Program-made: the position numbers and the translations under genes
In this document: piece after piece, positions 54,335 to 62,062 of the stretch
Position numbering within the stretch: position 1 is the first letter of the stretch
Layout of the letters: the number at the start of each line of letters is the position of its first letter
Origin: Candidatus Latescibacterota bacterium
Lineage (GTDB): Bacteria; Latescibacterota; UBA2968; UBA8231
Direction of reading: 5' to 3'
Assembly (NCBI GenBank): GCA_965204725.1
Contig: OZ242005.1
Location: 3,776,001 to 3,840,000, forward strand
Length of the DNA stretch: 64,000 bases
Notes under the pieces: model-generated
What the model was told of the DNA's origin: nothing
Seen by the model: the letters and a program-made list of their open reading frames with translations, nothing else
Databases searched by the model: none

Positions 54335-55162
54335 CTACTCCTCCTCTAAGAGGCCGCGGCCGATCAGTGCTTCTTCGATGAGGGCAGAAATCGCCTCGTC
54401 TTGGTTGGTACCTTCTTCTTGTGCAAATCTTCGGATAGCGTTGTGTGTGTCGTGGGTCACCGTCACCGTTATCTGCGTTACTCTAGCCCCAGTTTTCGCA
54501 TCCTCAATTTTGTCGTCAATTGGTTTGGCAGGGTTTTTCTTGAATTCCTCAGAAAATTTTGTGCGTTGGGGCCCCGTCATCTGTTCCATTTCTTGGGCTA
54601 ATTTAGTAGCGACATCAATGTCTGCCTCTCCGTCGTCCTTAGTGGCAGCATCTTGCGCCTTTAGGGCGACATTGACGTCGATTCGCCCTTCATCAACCAT
54701 CTCCTGCAATTTGGACTCCAACCGCGGGTACTTCACATAATCCCGCACGTTTTTGTAGGACAAGCCCGTGGCTTCTGTTACAGCCTTTGCAGTTCCATAG
54801 ATTTTGTACAAGTAAGTGACTCCTTCGATAAGCTCTTTCCCAGAGAGCTTTCGCCGAATAAGATTCTCGGTAATCGAGATGGCCTTGGCTTCGTGCTCTT
54901 CAACCCGTTCATCGAGAATAGCTGCCGTGATGCTTTCTCGTTTCAGAATCCTATGTGCCAAGAACCGCCGCTGGCCTGTGAGAATCTCCCACTTACCCGC
55001 TTCCCTCGCTGGGCAGACTACAATCGGCTGTAGCAGTCCTTGCGCTTTGATGCTTTCGGCCAAGTCTTCAATTTCCTTGCCGACGTCTTGGACCCGTGCC
55101 TGCCCCTTTCCAATAGTCAGGTCATCGAGCGGGATATCTTTATACTCAACGATCTTTGCCAT
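54335..55162 (-). CDS. ParB/Spo0J-family protein with probable C-terminal ribbon-helix-helix
   Basis: LAESIKAQGLLQPIVV, ILTGQRRF, ENLIR; tail QITVTV.HDTHNAIRRFA.EEG...DEAISALIEEAL. Confidence 0.88.
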   Translation of the reverse strand: MAKIVEYKDIPLDDLTIGKGQARVQDVGKEIEDLAESIKAQGLLQPIVVCPAREAGKWEILTGQRRFLAHRILKRESITAAILDERVEEHEAKAISITENLIRRKLSGKELIEGVTYLYKIYGTAKAVTEATGLSYKNVRDYVKYPRLESKLQEMVDEGRIDVNVALKAQDAATKDDGEADIDVATKLAQEMEQMTGPQRTKFSEEFKKNPAKPIDDKIEDAKTGARVTQITVTVTHDTHNAIRRFAQEEGTNQDEAISALIEEALIGRGLLEEE

Positions 55163-55166
55163 GACT

Positions 55167-56570
55167 TTAGTGCTCCTTTTTTTTGGGTTTGCGTGTCAGG
55201 AAGATGTCTCCAGTTTCGAGTTCCAAAATCTGCATCAATTCCTCCTTCGTGAAGCGGTGAGTAGTTGTCTCCGCAGATTCAATTACCTCATCGAATAGAC
55301 ATTTCTTTTGTTCAAGTATCGTTTCGATGCGCTCCTCGATCGAATCGGCTACGAGGAAACGAATAACGTGTAACGGCTCCTCTCGGTCAAAGCGGTGAGC
55401 CCGATAGATCGCTTGGACCTCGGCTGCGGGATTCCACCACCTGTCGAAAATCACGACGTGCGTCGCCTCGCCCAGATTCAGGCCCACTCCTCCGGCCCGA
55501 AGGGACACCAGAAGTCCCCGAGGCGTAGCTCCGGTCCTAAACTGGTTTATGGCAATCTGCCTCTCGGCAAGCGACATTGATCCTGTCAAGAGGTCGTGCG
55601 GAAGCTCGATCCTGTCCGAAATCCATCGCAGAGTTTCGACAAACTGCGAAAAGACAAGAATGCGAGCAGAATCTCCGACCCCTTCGCTAATCGTCTTCAG
55701 AGTATCCAATTTTGATGAGGCGTTCGCGGGCGCATCGAAATTACAGATAATCTTCAGTCGTGTGATGAGTCCGAGCAACGCGGTACTGCTATCTCCGTCA
55801 GATGAGTTTTTGCTGATGGTTTGGGCGCGATTTACCCACAGCTCGTCGTATCTTGTTCTCTGCGGTACTGAGAGTTCGATTTTCAAGTCTTGGAATATAA
55901 CTGGGGGCAGTTCGGCCCGAACGCCAGATTTTCGCCGCCGAAGCATCATCGACTCCAACTTTTTGACCAAGTACGATTTAGGAAGCCCTCGTCCAACCGA
56001 CGGGTCGAGAAAACTGAGAATAGACACAATATCGTTTTCGTCGTTTTCGAGAGGTGTAGCCGACAGTGCCCAAGCACGTTTGCGTGGCAGGAGCCGGCAG
56101 GCTAGTGCAGTAGTGGAATCCCTGTTTTTGATTCGTTGGGCCTCATCAAGGATCACGAGATCGAAGGTATCCGAGGGAATCCGGTCCAAGCCATCGGATC
56201 GAATTTGTTCGTAAGAACTCACGAGAACAGGGATTGGCAGTAGGTAAAACGCTTCACGGGCGCGTACAGTACCCTGTACGCGCCGCGTAGCCACCGATGG
56301 TGCCCAAGTTGAGAGCTCCATCATCCAGTTAGTCGTCAGCGATGCGGGTGCGATGATCACGGCTCGGCGTACCTCGCTCTGTCCGTTCAAGAGAAGCGCT
56401 AGTGCGACCGCGGTCTGGACAGTTTTCCCTAGCCCCATCTCGTCAGCGAGGAGGGCAGAGCGAGATCGATACAAGAACGCGACGCCCTCCCACTGGTAGC
56501 TATGGAGCGTCGCGGGAACGCCGAGTTGGCTTTCTGCGAGACGACGGAGTTGTAGCGTGTTAAGCATCAA
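55167..56570 (-). CDS. Stand-alone SNF2-family ATPase
   Basis: LADEMGLGKT, LDEAQRIKN, SATPLEN, VFSQF, GGVGLNL, DRWWNPA. Confidence 0.95.
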   Translation of the reverse strand: MMLNTLQLRRLAESQLGVPATLHSYQWEGVAFLYRSRSALLADEMGLGKTVQTAVALALLLNGQSEVRRAVIIAPASLTTNWMMELSTWAPSVATRRVQGTVRAREAFYLLPIPVLVSSYEQIRSDGLDRIPSDTFDLVILDEAQRIKNRDSTTALACRLLPRKRAWALSATPLENDENDIVSILSFLDPSVGRGLPKSYLVKKLESMMLRRRKSGVRAELPPVIFQDLKIELSVPQRTRYDELWVNRAQTISKNSSDGDSSTALLGLITRLKIICNFDAPANASSKLDTLKTISEGVGDSARILVFSQFVETLRWISDRIELPHDLLTGSMSLAERQIAINQFRTGATPRGLLVSLRAGGVGLNLGEATHVVIFDRWWNPAAEVQAIYRAHRFDREEPLHVIRFLVADSIEERIETILEQKKCLFDEVIESAETTTHRFTKEELMQILELETGDIFLTRKPKKKEH

Positions 56571-58357
56571 TCGAACGTCCAGACTTGGATGGCTTGTTTC
56601 GCCATCTCTTGCTGTCTCTTTTCAATTAACGTCGGAGTCCAGTCATCATATTCGCCAAGCTTGCGCGTAAGCACGATTCCACTTTCTTGATAGCTCTCTC
56701 TCTTCTTCATAAAGTTACCATTATACTTCGGGCCAGGCTTATTGTCCGCCGGGCCCATAAGTGTCAGATTCCCGATTCTATGAACCCAATCACCAACAGT
56801 TTCGGGATCGAAACCGGGCCAAGAGTTCCAATGATGTGGAGACTCCGGCAGTATGTGCTCAACGGTACAGAAACGTTCGTCTAATAGCCGTGCATCACGT
56901 TGCATGTTGCCATTAATTCCGAGCAAGAATTGCTTAATTTTTGGATTTCCTGTCATTCTCGTTTCAAGTAGGGCATCCCGAAACTTAGAGTCGTCCAGCA
57001 CCCCATACGCCGAGCGGTCGCAATTGAGTAGGAAATCTGCAAATTCGGTGTCGGGAATATCGGCAGCCCCCGATATATCTTTGGCGTAGTCGGAAAACTG
57101 CGCTTCGAAGTGAGAGGGCTCGAATTTCGGTGCGATGAATGCTGTTCTGAGGACAAATGCCGTCAGACGCTTCAGGTTTTTGTTGGCGAGTCTCGCAATT
57201 CGCGGCTTTTTACGTCCATCCGACTCCCGAAGGTACCAAGCTAACGTAGCAAAGACCAGAGGTTGAGTAACTTTGTATCTACGCAGCTCACGAAGAAAGA
57301 CTGCCAAGTTCCTCGGTGATCTTGTTGTCCCGGAGGCAACCTCGAACGCCCGGATGAAATCAGGGTTTGGAGTCGTCGCCGTGATTGTGCGAAAGAGTTC
57401 CAAGGATTCGCCAGAAGTGACCTGCTCGGTTATCTTGAACACGTAGTCTGCCAAGGCAGCCTTTTCTTGTTCCTTTTTGTCTATCTGGTTACGAATAGCC
57501 TCCCGCACCTCGCGATAGAAATGATCCTTATGTAGAAAGCCGAATCTACATTGCAAATGACACCGCATGTATTCGGATGCCTTATTAGGGCCAGAAATAA
57601 TTGTGCGAATTCTCTCCAGATTTTCATGTACCGAATTTTTTCTTTCAGAATCATTTTCCGAATTAAAATGCGAGTACAGATAATTGCGGATGAGGTCTAA
57701 ATCGTCGAGTTGCTTACCTCTACAGTTGATCGTCTCATATACGGCGTTCGGATCGATGTGCGGTGGAACCCGCAGACATGCTACTTCGAGCTTCTTGGTA
57801 AGAAAGTCGAAGTACCGTTCTAATTCCTCGTAACTCAGGGGAGAGAAGAAGCTCTCGATCTCTGCCCACGCGGCCGTAAGGGGACCGTTGGTCCCAATCG
57901 TGTGCCCTCTGATCATAAGACGATATTGCATCGCGTCATTCTTTGGAGGAGAAATTCGAGGAGTATAACGCTCTGAGTCTTCCATAGTCCATGCGCTGTT
58001 GGCATCGAGATCGAAAAGCATCCGTAGTGCGAGCCCTTCCCGTTGCGAGCCCTTTATTTCGCGTACAAATCGGCGACAGAGGGCGGCGCACATTAACGAT
58101 ATTGTTACCATCCTTTGTTGGCCATCGTTGATTGCCCACCGTTGGTGTCCGACCTCTACTAGCATGATTGCACCAAGAAAGTAACAATCGCGTTCCTCTT
58201 TTATCGCATCTTCGATATCGTGGAGCAGTGCTTGAACATCGCTCGGCTTCCAATCGTAATAGCGCTGATGCCACGGGACGTCGAAATAGCCCTGTTGGAA
58301 CAAGTCCGAAAACAACATCGCTTCTGCCCCGACAACAGTCTGAGGTTTCTTTGTCAA
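56567..58357 (-). CDS. DUF262 + DUF1524 (HNH) protein, SspE/GmrSD-like
   Basis: PWHQRYYDW, YFLGAI, DGQQR, YETINCRG..L...DLIRN; EHILP, RIGNLTL....N. Confidence 0.92.
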   Translation of the reverse strand: MTKKPQTVVGAEAMLFSDLFQQGYFDVPWHQRYYDWKPSDVQALLHDIEDAIKEERDCYFLGAIMLVEVGHQRWAINDGQQRMVTISLMCAALCRRFVREIKGSQREGLALRMLFDLDANSAWTMEDSERYTPRISPPKNDAMQYRLMIRGHTIGTNGPLTAAWAEIESFFSPLSYEELERYFDFLTKKLEVACLRVPPHIDPNAVYETINCRGKQLDDLDLIRNYLYSHFNSENDSERKNSVHENLERIRTIISGPNKASEYMRCHLQCRFGFLHKDHFYREVREAIRNQIDKKEQEKAALADYVFKITEQVTSGESLELFRTITATTPNPDFIRAFEVASGTTRSPRNLAVFLRELRRYKVTQPLVFATLAWYLRESDGRKKPRIARLANKNLKRLTAFVLRTAFIAPKFEPSHFEAQFSDYAKDISGAADIPDTEFADFLLNCDRSAYGVLDDSKFRDALLETRMTGNPKIKQFLLGINGNMQRDARLLDERFCTVEHILPESPHHWNSWPGFDPETVGDWVHRIGNLTLMGPADNKPGPKYNGNFMKKRESYQESGIVLTRKLGEYDDWTPTLIEKRQQEMAKQAIQVWTFD

Positions 58358-59556
58358 GCCGAAGCCTCTTCAGGATTAGGAGTAATCGCTTCGTGCAGGG
58401 CCGAACGACAGTCTTGGCGAATTTGGTCTCGACGCCAGATGTCCTCGATGACGTCGAGTTCTGATTTGGTAATTAGCTGTTGTTCTGTGGCTTGTTCCAA
58501 AGCCTGCAATTCGCTCAGGATACGCCTGCGGACATCGAGTTTGAAAGGTCCCATGACAGGAGTTCCGTCGGCACGGGATTTCAAGTTTCCATCTCGCCGT
58601 ACGCGCTGACGATTTGCATCGTCTTCGCGGAGTTGGACTAGCCGCTCACGGAAGTCGAAGAGACGTGCGAAAACCTCTGCATCTTCGTGGCCAGAATCGA
58701 TTAAGCCACGCAAGCTCCGATCTTTACTAACGACGGTACATGTCCAGCAACCGAATCTAGGTGAGGTTGTTCCACATGAGGGCGCATCGTCCTTGGTCAG
58801 TACCAGCGGGCATTCCCCTCCACCAGCATTCCGATACAGAGTGATTAGATCGTGATGCGAGCCGCCCCATGGTGGCCTTCGTTGCATCAGGATCAGCCAC
58901 ACATCCTCGTCTTTGAATTCGGCGAGTGGTGCGAATATACGGCACCCCTCGACAGAACTGTGAGGATTCATCTTGGTTGCCGAAACCCCGTGCTTTGCCA
59001 TGTTGCGGCGACGGCTCTCGGACTCACTCTTGCGCGTTCCTACCAATAGCACAGTGCGCTTGTGCGTACGAACAAGACTTTCGAGTAGTTGGCTAGTTGG
59101 GACAATTTTCATTCGATCGGTACACCATCGAAAATTCCGTGTCGGGGGAATGTAGCCACGTCCAATCACGTTGACCCAGAAAGTTTGATCGATATGCGGC
59201 CTCGTGATCTGCGTCTCGATCGGCAGTTCGTTCTCGGTGGCAGCGGTGCTGATCGTCGATATGGTAGTTTTGAGATGCCGGATGACCAGCGGCGACTCGA
59301 CTAGCGTATCATTGCCTACGATATAGACCTTGCGCCGTCGCGAGTGAACAGGAAGCGATGCCAGCATCTCCCATATCAGTTGGAGCAGCAAGGTCGAATC
59401 CTTTCCACCAGAATAGGCCACTATCCACGGATCGAGATGCTTACGCAAGTATTCCCTCCGAATGATGTCCATGGTGGCGTTGAGCCGCTCGACGACACGG
59501 ACGATTCCATTATGGCTATCGCTTGCGCCGGATCTCTGCTGGGTGCGCTCGTTCAT
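58354..59556 (-). CDS. dndC: DNA phosphorothioation sulfurtransferase DndC (PAPS-reductase-like)
   Basis: [26 protein letters not shown]...[15 protein letters not shown]...[19 protein letters not shown]. Confidence 0.93.
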   Translation of the reverse strand: MNERTQQRSGASDSHNGIVRVVERLNATMDIIRREYLRKHLDPWIVAYSGGKDSTLLLQLIWEMLASLPVHSRRRKVYIVGNDTLVESPLVIRHLKTTISTISTAATENELPIETQITRPHIDQTFWVNVIGRGYIPPTRNFRWCTDRMKIVPTSQLLESLVRTHKRTVLLVGTRKSESESRRRNMAKHGVSATKMNPHSSVEGCRIFAPLAEFKDEDVWLILMQRRPPWGGSHHDLITLYRNAGGGECPLVLTKDDAPSCGTTSPRFGCWTCTVVSKDRSLRGLIDSGHEDAEVFARLFDFRERLVQLREDDANRQRVRRDGNLKSRADGTPVMGPFKLDVRRRILSELQALEQATEQQLITKSELDVIEDIWRRDQIRQDCRSALHEAITPNPEEASA

Positions 59557-60779
59557 GTCATCACTGTCGGCCGTACCCGAGGATACGGATTAGTGGCACG
59601 ACCACTTCGGCAAATTGCTCGCCACTGAGGGGACAACTGGCGCAAAGCGTCAACGGAGTTCCGTACACATGCTATCGCGAAGTCGACTTCCTCTTCGGTT
59701 GTGAATCGCCCGAGGCTGAAGCGGACTGAACAGCTTGCGAGATCCTCGGATAAGCCTAGCGACCTCAATACATAGGAAGGCTCTACACGCGATGACGTAC
59801 AGGCCGAACCAGATGAGATAGCAACGTCCTTCAACGACATCATTAGGGACTCACTCTCGACGCAAGCAAAGCCAATGTTCACGATTCCTGAAACGCGATT
59901 CGCTCCATTGCCGTTTACGAAGGAATACTCAATATCTGCAAGACGATCAAGCAAGAGGCGATCGAGCTTGGCAATAGCTTCGACATCGCGGCTTCGACGT
60001 TCGCGTGTCAACTGTGCGGCCGCGCCCATGCCGACTAGTTGATGTGTTGCCAGCGTCCCCGATCGGAGACCCTGCTCTTGGCCACCGCCGTGTATTTGAG
60101 GCTCGATCCGGATGCGGGGCCAGCGACGCACGTACAATGCTCCGACGCCCTTAGGTCCGTACATCTTGTGTCCGCTAAGTGAAATAAGATCCGCTTGCAT
60201 AGATCGCGTATCAAGCGATAGACGAGCGGCACTTTGAGCCGCGTCCACATGGAATGTGACCTCACGGGCGCGAGTTATTTTGCTTATCGCATTGACGTCG
60301 GTGATAGTGCCGACTTCGTTGTTCACATGCATAAGGGAGACAAGGATGGTGTCTTCCCTCAGCACTCTCTCCACGAGTTCTGGGGAGATTAGACCGTCCT
60401 GCTTAGGACTGATATAGGTAACCTCGAATCCTTCACGGGATAGCTTATCGCATGAATCCAGAACCGCTTTGTGCTCCAGACTTGAGGTTACAATATGTTT
60501 GCCTCGGTGGGCATATCCATGCGCTACGCCCTTGATAGCCAAGTTGACGGATTCGGTAGCTCCCGATGTCCAAACGATCTCGGACGGGTCAGCGTTGATG
60601 AGCTGGGCCACCTGATCCCGTGCCTTCTCCACTGCCGCTTCGGCTTCTTGGCCGAAGCGGTGTGAACGCGACGCGGCGTTGCCGAACGTCCCATCCAGCC
60701 CTAGGCACTGGGTCATCACCGCGATGACTTGCGGGTCGACAGGCGTCGTTGCGGCATAGTCCAAATAGACGGGGTACAT
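59553..60779 (-). CDS. iscS: IscS/DndA cysteine desulfurase
   Basis: [26 protein letters not shown] (PLP Lys), [12 protein letters not shown]; ATGA-coupled to dndC. Confidence 0.95.
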   Translation of the reverse strand: MYPVYLDYAATTPVDPQVIAVMTQCLGLDGTFGNAASRSHRFGQEAEAAVEKARDQVAQLINADPSEIVWTSGATESVNLAIKGVAHGYAHRGKHIVTSSLEHKAVLDSCDKLSREGFEVTYISPKQDGLISPELVERVLREDTILVSLMHVNNEVGTITDVNAISKITRAREVTFHVDAAQSAARLSLDTRSMQADLISLSGHKMYGPKGVGALYVRRWPRIRIEPQIHGGGQEQGLRSGTLATHQLVGMGAAAQLTRERRSRDVEAIAKLDRLLLDRLADIEYSFVNGNGANRVSGIVNIGFACVESESLMMSLKDVAISSGSACTSSRVEPSYVLRSLGLSEDLASCSVRFSLGRFTTEEEVDFAIACVRNSVDALRQLSPQWRAICRSGRATNPYPRVRPTVMT

Positions 60780-60896
60780 GAGTCAGTGATCGTTTTTCCG
60801 TGAAGCGGCTGAATAAAGACAGGTCCTTAGTAAAGGGGGCGTGATCTCTAACCAAGAAAACCGATGCTGTTTCATCCAAGTAACCTGTTAGACTCA

Positions 60897-60924
60897 ATAG
60901 TATCGTATCCTCGCATCAGGTCAA
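60897..60924 (-). promoter_or_regulatory. Putative sigma-70 promoter of the iscS-dndC operon
   Basis: Minus strand TTGACC-16 bp-TACTAT ~120 bp upstream of iscS. Confidence 0.6.
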
Positions 60925-61006
60925 GCCTCGTCACCCTTGTTGCCGCCGCTCGCCCGTTGTGTCCCGGGTACAAAATGGCCAGCCTCATCACTTGAGGCTC
61001 ATAGAG

Positions 61007-61972
61007 TCAGTCGAGATTCGCCGCGACGATTTCGGCGTGAACTTGGAAGATATGGCTGTCGTTTGGATCGACGATCACCCGCAGCCAGTGGATCTCGGGC
61101 GTACCAAAAGGCTCGATGCGCGTGAAGCGCACCAGACGCTGGCTCGTGCCGGCCTGACGTAGCGGTTTATCTACGCGGAAATAGTGAGAGTCGCCGTGCG
61201 CTAGGGCCACCGGCCGGCCAAAGCGGACGACTTCTTGCTCTAGGGCCTGCAAAAAAGCTGCGTATGGTCCGTCCGGTTTGTTTTCCCGTTCCTCAAAGCG
61301 CGGGTTGGCGTGGATGATGAGGAAGATGGCGCGATGATCTTGTTCCGCAGCTTGGGCGAATGTTGTGCGCATCCAAGCAATGGCGGCGGCGGTGCGGCTT
61401 TTGACCTCCGCGTCGTTGGCCTGAGTGCGGCCTTCAAACGCGGCGGTGGCGTTGCCGCTGCCGACTATGTGCAACACTGCAAAGCTCGTCCGCCCGTGGG
61501 TCCAGCGCACGTGCTCGGGAAAGGTGTCCCCTTGGGTGCCGACGCGCATGGGATGCCGGCCCAGCGTCCAACCTGGGCGCGAAAAAAAGAGTGCCCGCAC
61601 TCGCGCCAGCCGGTCCAGCGGCTGGTATCCGCTCCGGTGGCAGTCGGTCCAGTCGTTGTCGCCCGGGACCAAAATGAAAGGGCGTTCAAACTGCTGGAAC
61701 CACTCGAAGCGGCTCTGCAGCAGGCCATCGGTACAGGGGCTGCTGCCGCCCTTGATATCGCCCACGTGGACGACCCATTCCAAGCCCTCGGCGCGGTTAA
61801 TTTTCTCGACGAGCCGACCAAAGCGGACGCTGTCGGTCGGAGAATACGGCATGTCCCCAATCAGGGCGAAGGCGAAGGTTTCCTCGGCGGGGTCCGCAAG
61901 CGGTAGGACTTGGGCACTGGCGGCGTCTAGCAGCGCGACGATTAGGGATAGACTCAGAAGATGCCGGGCCAT
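61007..61972 (-). CDS. Secreted calcineurin-like metallophosphoesterase
   Basis: IGDMPY, HVGDIK, PGDNDWTD, HGDSH; signal peptide. Confidence 0.85.
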   Translation of the reverse strand: MARHLLSLSLIVALLDAASAQVLPLADPAEETFAFALIGDMPYSPTDSVRFGRLVEKINRAEGLEWVVHVGDIKGGSSPCTDGLLQSRFEWFQQFERPFILVPGDNDWTDCHRSGYQPLDRLARVRALFFSRPGWTLGRHPMRVGTQGDTFPEHVRWTHGRTSFAVLHIVGSGNATAAFEGRTQANDAEVKSRTAAAIAWMRTTFAQAAEQDHRAIFLIIHANPRFEERENKPDGPYAAFLQALEQEVVRFGRPVALAHGDSHYFRVDKPLRQAGTSQRLVRFTRIEPFGTPEIHWLRVIVDPNDSHIFQVHAEIVAANLD

Positions 61973-62062
61973 TCATTTTCTCCGTTATAGTTGCAATATG
62001 TCCCTTGAGATTGGTTTTCTTGCGCGTATTTGGGGGACGCTACTTCTGCTTCATGCGCTGGC

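Noticed and set aside
54335-55162. Chromosome or plasmid partition locus
   Set aside because: No parA, parS or rep; embedded in the dndC operon.
58354-60779. Sulfate assimilation (CysH) or Fe-S assembly (isc) cluster
   Set aside because: DndC-specific motifs are present; no cys or iscRUA neighbours.
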